Of a stretch of DNA of 64,000 nucleotides, positions 51,301-64,000 are shown piece after piece. The first letter of the stretch is position 1. Every line of letters starts with the position of its first letter. The position numbers and the translations under genes were made by a program. This stretch comes from Geosiphon pyriformis uo1 (lineage: Eukaryota; Fungi; Glomeromycota): assembly GCA_016748015.1 (NCBI GenBank), contig JAAOMT010000400.1, positions 186,001 to 250,000 of the forward strand, in the 5' to 3' direction. Under the pieces are notes generated by a model that had not been told where the DNA came from, ran no database searches, and saw only the letters and a program-made list of their open reading frames with translations.

Positions 51301-54300
51301 GGTCATGGTGCTTTCAGCTAATAGTACTTTCAAAAAAAAATGGTTCAAGGACTTTGGTAGAGTTTTCTCTAAGAAATTCTCAAAGTTTCACAATTGGAGC
51401 TTTTAGTTTCTAAGATTATTAAGACATTGCATAAGGGAGATGTTGTTGGTTTTGCTTCTTTCATGGATTATTGGACTTCTTTGGACAGTGTTAAGGCTTT
51501 AATCATTCGGGACCTAATGGATTCTGGTATGGACTCTGGTCATGTCCTTTCTGCTTTCTCGAGCACTCAGAAATCATATTGTGCATCTAAGCTCGTTGAG
51601 TCTTAGAACGCCAAGGAGGCTAACATTAGATCAGCCATAGATAGAAGAATGGAAAGCTTTGAGATCAATAAAAGTTATGCAATAAGGAGTGTGCTGGAGC
51701 ACCCATTTTATAAGGTGGTGCTTAACCACTTGGTTGTTGATAGTGAGCTGGTTTTGGAGCCTAATCAGGTTATAAGCAAGGTGGATGTGATCATGGAGGG
51801 TTGGACTAGGAAGCATTGGGTGGTCGATGATATGTCAAGCGATTGGTGTTACCAATATCGGCCTTTGGAGTATGTTTTTGATGAGGCTTTTTCGAAGATA
51901 ATGTGTCCGATTGGTTTTAACGAGTTGTTTGGGGTGGTTTCCGTTCTTTCTGATGGCAAAGCTGCTGGTCTGTCAGATATCTCAAATGAGCTTTGGAAAC
52001 ATTGCGATAGGTCTGTCTTGGAAATGTTGTTGGTGTTTTTAAATGTTTGTTTGGCTGGTGAATCAGTGTCCAGCCCATGGAAAGAGGCCTGGGTTTCGAT
52101 GATTCCCAAGCCTTATGAGTAGGAGGGTGTTTTGACAAACACATGTTCTATTGCTTTGATCAAAACAGCTTGCAAGATTCTTTCCAAGGTTCTTTCTGAT
52201 AGGATTTCTGCTGTATACAGTACTTTCAATGTTCTTTGTGGGGACAATTTTTCGGTTTTGAAAGGTACGACTACTCAGTCTCCCATTTTTGCAATTGGTT
52301 CAGTAATTGAGGATGTTCTGGAAAAGAACCATAAACTCTGACTGGTGTTGCAGGATATGAGGAAGGCTTATGATTCAATTGGCTGGGAGCATCTTGAAAA
52401 AAGCCTGGTCAGGATTAAGATGTGCAGCAAGTTTATTCAGTTCTTTGGTAGTATACACAGGAGTCGCACCAATTGAGTGATGATGGATTTCAGTTTGATT
52501 GGTGGTTATCGTGTGTATGATAGCTTAGATCAGGGAGAAGTTTTTTCCCCCCTTCTGTGGTGCATTTTCTATGATCCTTTGTTGTGTAAAGTCAAACATC
52601 AGAAAAGTGTATGTGGGTATAGGCTGAATTCGTACTTTATCTCTAAAAATGGGCATGCTAAGACTCAGGCTGGACTTTCTTTCTTTTTTGCCGCTGGTGC
52701 TTTTGTCGATAATACAATTTGGGTTGGTAACAGTCAAGCTGCCACTCAGCACATTCTCAATGTTGCTAGTGAATTTTTTCGGGTCAATGATATTTTTATT
52801 AACAATGACAAAACAATGGCCATTTCCATCAATAGCAGAGTTAGCAGTCCCTCCCTTTTTATTAGCGGCTTACCCATTTCCGTTGCCAAAAAGAGGGAAT
52901 CTTATCAGTATCTGGGTATTTTTTTTTCAACTGAGAGTCTTTCGAAGCCAAGTTTGGCTAAGGCACATTCAAACGTTCGCTTTTTTGTCAATTTGGTTCT
53001 GAGAAAAGCTACTTTAGATAAACAATTTCTATACTTGGTGTTAATGGTTTTCCAGCCCATAATCAGTTATCGGACACAATTTAGTTTTATATTGGTTGGT
53101 GTTTATGCCAAGTGGGATGCTCTGGTCCGCAAGGGCTTGAAGCTTAAGTCTGGTCTTCCGCTTGATTTTCCTAGTGATACGCTGCACCACTCTTCATTTT
53201 ATGATTTGAAATCTTTCTTGCAGATACAGTCTGAGTGTAAAGTGGCCTCTCTCGTCAGTTTTGTGAACTTTGGTGGGATCTTGGGTCGCTTATTTTCTCA
53301 CAGGTCTCACAACTTGCAAGTTCGGTGTTGGCATCTTATTTATCCATTAAATTTTCCTGTTCGAGTTAATATTAGTGCTTCCAACAACTTTTTGGCAGGC
53401 TTGGTCTGTATTTTTCTTGACTGCAATTTGTCTTTGGGTGGATCTTTTGTTAGTTCTTTTCAGTCTAGTGGCAGTGCACTTATGTCTACTGTTTTGGGTA
53501 AATCTAAGTTTTCCAAGTTTCTTCCTTTTCTCCGACGGTTTGGTGTTGCCTTTGTTGATCAACTTTGTAATCATCATGGTGTCATCTTTGACTGGTATAC
53601 CTTCAAGTGGTGAAAGAGGCTGGACCTCCGTGGTCCTGTTCTGGAATGGTTCAGGCTTGCTACTGCGTTTTTCAATGATGCTTCTCTCCTTTTTAATGAT
53701 CAGTTTGTTTCAGATGGTGCTGTTTATCAAGATATTCTTGGTTCTGCTGATTATGCTTCTATTTGTGATCGTCTTTCTCAAGTCATTTCTGGTAGCTTGT
53801 CTGTTTACATGGACAGATCTTTGAGAAGTTTGGGTACTGCTGGCTGTAAAGCTGGTGCTGCTGCTTTTTTCGAGGACATTGGTTTGGGTTTGGAAGTTAG
53901 TGTATTGGACTTGATGTCATCCACCCTTGTGGAATTGCAGACTATTGCATTGGCCATGGAGTGTGTCCCTTTGTCCTGTTCTGTTCATGTGTTTTCTGAT
54001 AGTCAGTCTGCTTTGAGTGCTTGTGAATCAGAAATAGATCTTGTGTGTCCTGACTTTCACAATCAGTGTTGGGTCGAGTGTCGGCATATCGCTAATGTTA
54101 TTCATAGTAAAAATTTGAGAGTTAGTTGGCACAAGGTCAAGGGTCACTCTGGCATTTCTGGTAATGAGTGTGCTGATAAGATTGCTGGCGTTGTCTCTTT
54201 TTCCAATTGGCATTTGCGTCCTTGCTTGGATGAACATTTTCTGGTGGCTGATGGTGGTGTGGTTTCGGGCAATTTGAGACACTTTGTTCGTGATATCTGC

Positions 54301-55219
54301 CAATTGATTTGTTGTACATGCTGGGAAGTTGGTTCTGGTGCTAGGTTTTTGAAGAATGATTTGCTTTTTGATGTTGACTGGTTCTGTTCTTCTATGGTCT
54401 GGCATCCTGACTTGCATATGGTCACCGGCTTCATTAGCAAGCTCTCGGCTAATGCTCGTACCTATTTCATGAAGGCTCTACATCACTGGTTACCTGTTGC
54501 TGTAAGGAAGCATCTTTATAATAAATGTTACCCTAATGTGCTGTGTTTATATTGTGGTGATGTGGAGTCTTCGGACCATGTGTTCTTTTGTAAGGTTCAC
54601 GATTCTGCTCGTAGTCAGATTTTGGATTCTCACATGGCTTCTTGGAAGGCTCTTACTGGTTTGTCACTCTTCTCGTCAGTTGTAATGCAGCTTTTGTCAT
54701 CTTGTGCTTTTGATTTCTCTGTGTTTGTGGCTCTATACAAGGGTTTTGTGTTTAATGATTGGTTTCGCGAGACTGTTTCTGTGTTTCGTGATCCCAAAAT
54801 TACAGGATTGGAGGTGGTTAAGTTTGTGCACTTTCTTGGTCTTGCCTTTAGAGATGGTGTTTAGATAGTTTGTGCTAAGCATCATGCTTACATAGAGAAG
54901 GCCAAGTTGATTCCGTTGGATGGTTCAACATCTGTTTCAGTCTTTGGTCTGGTTTCAGGATTTTCTGCTGGTGTTGTCAAGCTATTTGGCATCACTGAAG
55001 CTGTGGATGTTCATTTCAGTTTTCATAAACTATGGTTATTTTTTTCTGATGTAGGCAGTTTAGTTTCAGTTCGTATATCTAAGTAATGTTGTTCTGATCA
55101 GCCTGAGTGGCTGGTCACGTGTAGACAATGCATGATTCATGCCTAGTATAGATTATTTCCTTGATGTGTAGCTCTAGGTAATGTTTGGACCTCACTCGTA
55201 AAATGAAATAAAAAAAAAA
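48317..55219 (+). mobile_element. LINE-C: full-length RNase H LINE, inactivated; ORF1 48444-50402, ORF2 50399-55086
   Basis: 5' motif TCTTTCTCTTGTCGATCCCCTGGCCATACCGAAAGC shared with LINE-A. RRM+CCHC ORF1 (CTCCKQFGHVMVNC), ATGA overlap, APE/RT (FVDNT)/RNH/CLYCGDVESSDHVFFC. One frameshift at ~51390 plus several stops. Tail and poly(A) present. Confidence 0.95.
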
Positions 55220-55599
55220 TTAATAAATTTTATAATATAATTATTATTTAATTTATAATTTTAATAATTGAATTTAAACATATTTATAAACTTTAAATCA
55301 AATTTAAATTAAATTTTTTATTTGAATTTAAGTTCAGTTTAAATTCAGTACTTTTAAATTTGCTTTAAGTTTAAGTTTAAAATTTAGCCAAAATTTTTAA
55401 TAGTTTAATTAAATTTAAACAAAACTAAACCAAATATTAAAATCTTATTTTTTATATTTGTTATTATACAAAAATAACTTAAAATTTATATTGATTTTAT
55501 TAAATACTTAATATTATTAATTAATATCTTATGTTTTTGAGCTAAATTATTATTAAAAAAAATTAAAGACAATATTTTTAATTAATATTACCAATAAAA

Positions 55600-56465
55600 A
55601 TTTAAGTTATTAATTAGCATAAAATTTTTTTTATAGTTTTTATTATTTTAAATTTCTACTTAATATTTTATTAAATTATTAAATATTATTATTTAATTAA
55701 TAAACCAATTTATATATTATACAAAAGTAATTAATTTTAATAATCAAATTATATAATATTTTAAATTATATAACATTTAAAAATTCATTAAAATATTGAA
55801 AATTTTCACAAAATATTTAATAATTTATTAAAATACTTAATAATTATAAAAAAAATTTGTAGTTTAACAAAATATATTTTCAATTTACCAAAATATTAAC
55901 AAAAAAAAAGTGAAATTATAAAATAATATATTTTAGTTTAAAATAGTTAATTAACTATTACAAATTAATTTAATAAAATTTATTTTAAAAACAACTTTTT
56001 TTTAATTATTATTGTTTAAAAAACTTACAATTAAGATTAATATTTTGAAATTAATTAATTAACAATTTTAATGATTATTTAATTAATTTTAGGCTTGAAT
56101 TAAAAATAATTTTTTATATATTTTTTTTTATTTAAATTTTTTTCTTTCTTATAATATTGAATAGCTTATAATAAAGATTTTTTGTAGAAAAATTGACTTT
56201 TATAGCAAAATAACTGTATATTATTAAAAAATTCATAAATAAAAATTTCTGTAAAAAATATAACTTTTACTACAAATAACTATATAAAATAATTAATATA
56301 GAATTGGTTATTTTATTGTAAGTCCAATAATAACAACAATTTAAAATATAAAAAATATTTTAAAAATAAATTAACTTATTAAAAGTTTATTAATTTTTAT
56401 TAACAATAAAAGTATAACAAATAGTATTAATAATATTATTAAAAAATAACTAAAATCTTTAATAA
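55600..56465 (+). mobile_element. Third ghost copy of the Gypsy leader/gag-like segment (24600-25530)
   Basis: TTTTTTGTAGAAAAATTGACTTTTATAGCAAAATAAC at ~56180 is identical to ~25250, and the upstream block is also collinear. Confidence 0.75.
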
Positions 56466-57748
56466 TATCAATTTTTTTTTAATCATAAGAGTACTTATAA
56501 TAGCAATTAATTTTATAATAAAAGAATTAAATTTTTAAAAAATAATAAAAAATAATACAAAAAACTAAAAAATATAAATTTTTTTTTCTAAAAATAAGTT
56601 TTTTAAAAAATTTAAGATATATAAAAGAAAAAAATATAATTATTATTAGTTTGTATTTGTAAAATAATAAAAATTATAATAAAAAACAATTTTTTTATAA
56701 AATAATATTTTTTAAAAAATTTAGAACAAAAAAAAGTTTTTATTAATATTTTTTGAATTATATTATTATTTTTATAGTAATTTTAAAAAATATTATATTT
56801 AAATAAATAAATAAATAAAATAAAAATATAATTTGTTAATATTATGTAAAATTTTTGTATAATTTATTTTTAAACTAGATATATATAAAATAATTTGTTT
56901 TATTTAAATTTAAATTTAAATTTTTTTGTATTTTAGCTTTTATTTTATGTAAAAAAGTTTGTTTTCAACTTTTATTAAGCTTAAAAATTTTTAATATAAA
57001 TAATTACAATTAATAAACTAATAATTTAATAAAAAACTATTGATTTTAAAAAACATAAAATTAATGTTTTATAGAATACTTAAAAAAAAACTTATTATAA
57101 TATAAATTATTTTATAACTGTTTTATTTAAATAATAATATTTTTATTATTATAAAAACAGCAATTTTATTATTAATTTGTTGTTAAATATTTTAAAACTT
57201 TTTGTAATAATTATAAAAATTTTAAAATTGTTTTTAATATATTGTTTAAATAAAACTTAAATTTAATTAAAGAGAAAAACAGTGTTTTTAAAGACATTAA
57301 AATTAGTATTAACTGTATTTATTATTGAAAAAACTTTTTTAATTAATTATATTAAAAAAAATAATCATTGTTTTTTTTACTTTGGTTGTAAATATAAAAC
57401 CAAAAATTTTATGTATTTTATTAATTTGAAAAAACAAAAATTTTATTTTTGTTTTTGTTAAATTATTTTTTAAAATTAAAAAAAAATATCAAATAGAATA
57501 ATTACTATTTAAAAAGTGCCAATTAATAAGTTTTAATTTTTAAAAGAAAAAAATATAATAAATTTTAATAACAAAAAGTGTGTTTAGGGCTACACCTTCG
57601 ACAGAACAAAAAATAAATAAATATTTTATTTTTTAAACTTTGTTAATAAACGTTATAACCTATATTAGATTAGCTTATAAAAAAAGTTTTAAGTACAGAA
57701 GTTGAAATTTATTCAAATATAGGATTTCTTCCTGGCAAAGGCTGTATA

Positions 57749-59881
57749 TCAAATCAATAGGGGTGAATCAATAACCGCAAATCCACTAGCAACACCTCCT
57801 TCGTTAGTTTCTTTGCTTTTTGTTCTCAACAAATGACCGCCGCTTTCATTTAAAACAACTTCATACTCACTGTTCCCCTCTCTTTTCTTGCTACTTCCAA
57901 TGAAAATTCCGTATATTCCCAGTTCCGAGATCATCTCTCCTTCATAAATCTCTCCTTGTCGCAAAAGAAAATTGCGCATTGGGGGTGGTTTAATGAGATC
58001 CATTAGAATATATGAAGAGCGTTCGGGAATAGAAAGATGAGAAAGGGTACTAGGAATGTCTTTGGAATAAATATTGCTTCCTAAATTTACATTAAAAAGG
58101 TTTTAAGATATAATTCATTAAATTCCTGTTTATTTCAAAATAATACTCTGTATTTTGTACATACCGCCACCTTCGCGTTGCGGCTTCATAACAAATTGAT
58201 CGGGATTTTCAAGAGCAAGTTCCAAAGCAGCTTCCCCCTTAGGAGAATTGTCAAGAGGGTATAAACCAGCAAAACAAGAACGTATTTTCAAAATATCCGA
58301 GGGATTAGATATATACCTATTTTTAGTTGTTTCAAATGAATATATCTTGAAAACAATAATATTTATAGTGATGAAAAACACGTGAACTTTGGGCTCGTAA
58401 AATTACCGTTCCAGGACCCCCGGATTAGCAAGTACTTGTTGAACTTTTTTGGCACCAACCAACTGATATGCCACGGATGGACATTTGATGGCTTTGGAAC
58501 GTTCAATTAATAATCGAGCATCCCATTCCTATTAACAATTTTGAGTTAAAGCTTTAGGCAATAATATTTTTTCAACCAAAAAAATATCCCTTATCAGTAG
58601 TATAGTCTCCAGGGCCGTAACCCGCCCGGAGATATGTGACCGCAATTTCCTTCCCATTGCTTTTAAGGTTAAATGATTTATTAAAATTCGGAAAAATAAA
58701 AAGAGTAGTTCAGGAAAATTAACCTACATGTATAGCGATTTAGTTTTAGGGTCCAAAATTCCCTCATTGTAAACATCGGACAGAGTCTTGTGAATCAAGT
58801 GTATATTATGACTTTACAAATAAACCTAATTTCAATTAGGTATTATTAAATTGATAAAATTGAATCGAAAACATACTTTTGTAAAAGATCGTATTCAATC
58901 CAACGCTGATCAAAAGCATTTCGTTCTCGAGGTTGAACGAGCATAAGTACTACTGAGCTATGATCAGATACTCGGATTAATATAGTATTGGCTTATACTT
59001 TAAAAAAATCACAGGCTTACTTTAGTGACCCGTATAACTCATGGGCTTTTGCAATAGCTTTTGCAACACTTGTACATGCATCATTCTGGGGTAATGAATC
59101 ACTCTTAATTGTTGACAATGAATCAAAATAATTTGTAGCTTTCAGGAGATATCTAATCCCATAATAAATTAAAAATTATGTTTTTCATTGTAAGCTGAGA
59201 ATCCTGTAGATTTTCAACATACCGATGCATTTCACCTGCCAACGCGGATAAAGAGGAAAACGAAGCAGCTATCGTGTTGAATTCTACTTGCAAGATTTCT
59301 AGTTCAGAAAAGCCAGAAACATGTAGCATATAATCGGATCTATGGATACCTAGAGAAAATGGCTGTGTTTCTATAATCAAACCCATTCAAGATTGCCTCA
59401 AAGTAAACCTAGCGACTTGAGGCGAGCAAATATCTCCTACCTGTGCAGCACCCTCTGTATATACTTTAACATAGATTTTATAAAGATTTTTAATGAATTC
59501 GTCAACTTTAGCAACTCTAATATGATATTTAAAAGATATTTATGGTAAACTGGAAAAAGATTTGGAAGGACAAATGCAGTTCGTTAACACTAACTCTCCC
59601 AAGGTCTCCATAATAAATTCATGATCTTCGGCTAGTTTATGAAAAAGATCGTTAAACAAGGGTTGAAGGGCTAAAGCCTTCTCAAAACACTTTTTTGGGA
59701 ACGGAGAGGGAAACAAGGACACGGGGGCGTTTATTACAGAAGTGTTAGGAAGCCCAAGGTCTGGAGGAGGCCGAATGACTAAGCCGTGTGCGAGTGACCA
59801 ATCGACAGCCAACCCTTTCAAAACATCAAGGTCATGCTGGGAGATAGAAGGTGGATAAGAAACAAGGAAATTGTCAGCCAT
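57749..59881 (-). CDS. GSH2: Glutathione synthetase (eukaryotic type, multi-exon)
   Basis: [11 protein letters not shown]...DWSLAHGL...[11 protein letters not shown]...LGIHRSDYM...[11 protein letters not shown]...[11 protein letters not shown]...YLRAGY.P.DY...[14 protein letters not shown]...QL.G.KKVQQVL...[14 protein letters not shown]...LMDLI.PP...SELGIYG...GHLLRTK...[17 protein letters not shown]. Confidence 0.95.
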
Positions 59882-60705
59882 AAGGATAAACAGAGCAGTT
59901 GGGTGAAAACGGCTCTTGAAATTTTTGAATGATAATCCATAATTTAAAAAAATCGACAAATATTTATGATTATTAAACATTAATTATTATCAATAAGTAA
60001 TAAATTATTACAATTGTGAAAAGTATAGCTATGTTTTAACTATTATAAAATAAATTATAAATTATGAATAATATATTATTTTAAAATTTAAACATTAAAA
60101 ACAATTATTATTATAATAGATATTTTAATTTTTTAAAATATTAGCATTTTAATTAATAGTATTATTTTCAAACAAATTTATTTTAGTTTTTTACTTTGTT
60201 TTATTTGTTTTAAAGTATTTATTATACACATAATAGATTTGAATATGAAAAGTAATACCAGTTACAGAAATAAGCATTTAAATTAGTTTTTGTTTGTCTT
60301 AACATATTTTTGGCATTATAATTAAAAACATTTTATTTATTTAAAAATAGTTGTTTATTTAATTTGTTTTTTTTTAATGTTGTTTTTGAAACTTTATTAT
60401 TAATAACAGTAAACAATGTTTATTTTATATTTGTTTTTTTAATTTTTGTTTATTATTATTTTACTTTTGTTGCCAAAAAAAAATCCTAAAATTTTTTGGT
60501 TAAACAGTGTAAAGAACTTATTAAAGCATTTTTAAATAGAATTATTTTTTTATAAGTTTTTTATATTGTTCAAAAATTTAAAAAAAATAATTATTAAGCT
60601 ATTCGTAACTAATTTACATTCAAAATTGATTGTTTACAAATTTAAAATCTACGCCCCCCTAATATTTGATTTGTCAATATTTATTTTTAAAAGAAATGTG
60701 AACGA

Positions 60706-61878
60706 ATGGTAAAATTAATTTGTGACTTTGCTATCATGACGAAACTTTTTGATAAAGATTTTGGTAAAAATGTTTTACGTAAATTCAGATATTACACAGA
60801 ACGTTTTTTACTTTCATGTTCAACAACTTATTCTCAAGTCAATTTTGACGGTAACCTTTTAGCAAACAGTGACCCGCTGTTTGGTACGCTAGAGGATAAC
60901 AAAAAGCACATGAACAAGAACGCAAACCCGAAACTAGTACTCGAGGAAGCAAAACTTAAAAAATCCCCCTTTGACCCATTTATCATATCCCCAATTGATC
61001 TGCTTGAAACTTTAAACCGACGACTTCCATGTCCACAGTGCGAGAAACCCATCAAATACTTTTGCTATCGTTGTTACGCAGTGGTTGGGTGCGAACGTGG
61101 CCAAGTGCCATTCGTAAAATTACCGATAAAAATTGATGTGTGGGAATTAATTTTTATCATTCTTCAATAATATCTGGTCATGTTCAAAATTTTTGGTTGA
61201 TATTTCATATTTTTAATTCAAACAAACACAATTTGGATGATGTGTGCTGTATTCCAATTATTGAATCTCCAGTATCAAGCATGAAGATGAAAGGGACGGA
61301 AAATCAACAGCGATTCATGCGAAAATAATTGCATCGGAAGATGTCGAAATTTATTCATACAAAAAATATCAGACATCGGAAATCCAGAACGTGGAACGCC
61401 ATCTTCTTCTGTTTCCTGGTCCGGTATGATTATATTTCCTGATAGTAAAAACATTTATATACTGGTTGACCCTTCTTTTTTTTTTTAGCAAGCCAAAACC
61501 TTGAATCACATTTCGCAAGCATCATTTGATAAAATATTAGTGGTGGATGGGACATGGCTGCAAGCCTCTAGGATTATCAGAGACACACCTTCGTTGGCAA
61601 GTATGCGGAAGGTGACCCTGAAACCGCAAAAAACTTTGTTTTGGCGTTTCCAGAATAAGGATGAACATCATCTGGCTACTATTGAAGCCATCTATTATTT
61701 CTTAAAAGAATATGATGAGACTTATGAAAGCTCAGGAACAGCATATAATGGTCGGTATGACAATCTTCTTTGGTATTATAAGTTTTTTTACGAATTAATT
61801 CAGGCAACTTATCGTATGAGTGAGGGAACAAGAACCTTTACTTCTAGGCAACGCCAAGGATATATCAATTATGATTGA
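60706..61878 (+). CDS. DTWD1: DTW-domain tRNA-uridine aminocarboxypropyltransferase (DTWD1-like); start may be 60706, 60736 or 60910
   Basis: CPQC...YFCYRC, KLPIKID-IKH..E..GKSTAIHAKI.A, LLLFPGP, VVDGTW.QA, FWRFQ....LATIEAIYYF, YDNLL. Introns ~61138-61272 and 61425-61488. Confidence 0.9.
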
Positions 61879-62013
61879 AAACTTGGGGATTTATCGGGCT
61901 CTAAATTCTTTATAATTGTTTGTTAATCTTATATTATTATGAAAGGTTAGAAAGAAAATTATCAAAAAGGTCTTTACATTTCTAAAATATACGCATTCTA
62001 AAATACACCCAAT

Positions 62014-63370
62014 CTAAAAAAAAAGTTTTTTTAGCTCTCTAATTGTATCATCAGGACTTTTTACTGAATGGCCAATAACCTTCGGATGGGTGTAAATTTC
62101 GTAATCATTTCCTCCCTAGCACAAAATTGAGTTAAATCCATCCATCTAGACAGAAAAATAATTTAATGGGATAGTACCTTGTAAGTCTTGTCACCAAAGA
62201 AATGAATGGTGGTGAAACCCTCTGATTCGAGATGATTTAAGCAGTATGTCTTGTCCCATCCAGTTGGGAACACGTCAAAAGAAATTTGTCCACCTGTGCT
62301 TGTCATTTTTCCAAAACCGTATTGCCAAATTATAAAAATGAGAATGATTGAAATCTCAAGACAAACCAATTTAATTACCGATTGAATAATTCAGTCCAAA
62401 TTCAGGGAACTCGTTATTTAAGGCTTTTACGAATGCGCGGCGAATATTGTGTTCCTAACGAAATCAATTTGATTAATCGTTGGGGTCTTTAAGCCAGCTA
62501 GGAAATCGTATTATTTTCACAAACCTGATCATATTCTTCGAATTCATTACGCTCCTCGATACTTTAAATTAATATTCTGGTAAATAACTGTCATGAGTCA
62601 TAGAATATTTTCACTTTTTGTTGATTCACCTGCAATTCCTTCCTATTGGTGAAACATTTATCATTCCATTTCGGAATTCAATAAAAGTACCACTAATGTT
62701 GATCAACACATTGGATTATCAAAAGCTAGAATAAAGGAGGAAGTAATGGTGACTTAAATCAAACACGAACCGTTTCTTGGGAATATCCAAATTTGCGATA
62801 TGCTTCAAGATAAAATTCACTAATTTTTGATATTTTTCTTCCCCAAGCCATTTGATAAAACTCTGAAACAAAGATAACATAAATTTTAGGAAAATTTTTG
62901 ATTCTTATCGTCATTCTTACCTGAGACTCTAGTTTTTGACCAAGTCGATATGCAGTGAGTCCGTTTTCAGCAAACGCGAAGTCGAAATCATCGACCACTA
63001 AGTTAATACGATCACTTTAATGAAATTAAATTCTGCAAATAATTTCTATCAGGAATTTTAAAGACTCAAACCATCAGGTCCAAGTTGTTCGGCTTGTTTC
63101 GCGATATCCGATCCCCCAACGAAGCCAATAACAACTTTTTCCCGGAGGTTTTGCAAAAGAGCAATGATTTCAGGGGATACTTTCTATTTTAATTATCAAG
63201 ATTTAAATGATTCAAATATGACATTTTGTGATTTTTCCGTAAATAAAAATTCCGTGCGAATAACGATATTAGGGATTAATTTCTACCCTACGCGCAGGCG
63301 TTAAAGTCCCGTCAACATCAAACAACAAGATGGTGTTGGGAAAAGTACGGTTTTTCCACGAATCGCTCAT
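62014..63370 (-). CDS. SEC53: Phosphomannomutase (HAD family, multi-exon)
   Basis: [89 protein letters not shown]; stop at 62014. Confidence 0.97.
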
Positions 63371-63593
63371 TATTTTGTGGCTTGAAAAATATGATGCTCG
63401 GCTAAATATCAGTGAAAGGCTAAAGGTCCCAAAGTTGATGATCAATCTAATTCTAATTGATCCGTGATAAATTTAATGGTCGATGATGTCAATATTATCT
63501 AACATCCTGCACATAATATTACGTCAAAAAAATGAGCAAGAATTCACAAAATTTGAAAGTTCCTGAGCTTCGTCCTCTGCTAAATTTGTGATA

Positions 63594-63974
63594 ATGGCGA
63601 ACGTCGCCAAAGAGAGCAAACTCATTGTATATAGGCTCCAACTAGAGGCGGACGGCTCTCTCTCTAAAGACAAACAGGTAGGAATAGGGTTACGCGTTCG
63701 TGAAGACTCTGAGCGCATCACGTTTTAGTACAAGTGATAAATTTTCCAATTTTTTAGTATGTCCGACTTCCTCCACCCGAGACTCCTTATATTCTGCGGT
63801 TTAATGTTAGAGCTGGTTCCCCAGCGTCTCATGGTAGCATCTTTTATACAAACTATCCGATATCAGGGTATGCAGATAGTTTTCATTTTTGTAGAATTCA
63901 GTTACACGAATTGTGGCTAATTACTTCAATTTCATTCAGAGGAGAATTTATAAGGGAAAAATTTTATTCTAGAA
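63594..63974 (+). CDS. GDB1: Glycogen debranching enzyme, 5'-end only (first three exons)
   Basis: MANVAKESKLIVYRLQLEADGSLSKDKQ-YVRLPPPETPYILRFNVRAGSPASHGSIFYTNYP-GEFIREKF resembles the fungal Gdb1/AGL N-terminus (L.LPP...Y...F...AGSP....G...TN.P....F.R..F). The gene continues beyond the window. Confidence 0.75.
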
Positions 63975-64000
63975 AGTAAGATTTTACAAATAAATAAATA

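Noticed and set aside
14266-54440. Numerous antisense and alternative-frame ORFs within the LINEs
   Set aside because: By-products of the T/G-rich codon bias, with no recognisable domains.

Overview
Eukaryotic, intron-rich, very AT-rich fungal DNA. The composition and TE families suggest an early-diverging lineage such as Glomeromycotina/Mucoromycota (inference). Two gene islands flank a ~46-kb nested transposon graveyard (~11.1-57.6 kb). The left island holds a secreted Gly/Asn 13-aa-repeat protein (3'-partial), a TEA-domain transcription factor, proteasome alpha4 and TFIIA-gamma. The right island holds glutathione synthetase, a DTW-domain tRNA acp3U transferase, phosphomannomutase and the start of glycogen debranching enzyme. 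The graveyard contains three near-full-length but inactivated RNase H-bearing LINEs (ORF1: RRMs+CCHC; ORF2: APE-RT-RNH-CCHC), two ORF1-only LINE derivatives, three solo LTRs and MITE-like repeats. Several LINE and Ty3/Gypsy 'ghosts' can only be read by reversing C>T/G>A transitions. Most notable: (1) a ~360-bp Fanzor/TnpB-derived mini-element keeping the RuvC-III/Zn-finger tail and a long omegaRNA-like hairpin, missed by the ORF track; (2) RIP-like, not CpG-restricted, transition hypermutation of repeats; (3) a conserved multi-stem 3' RNA tail shared by autonomous LINEs, ORF1-only elements and a ~100-bp SINE-like copy. All alignments and folds were done by eye and need computational confirmation.
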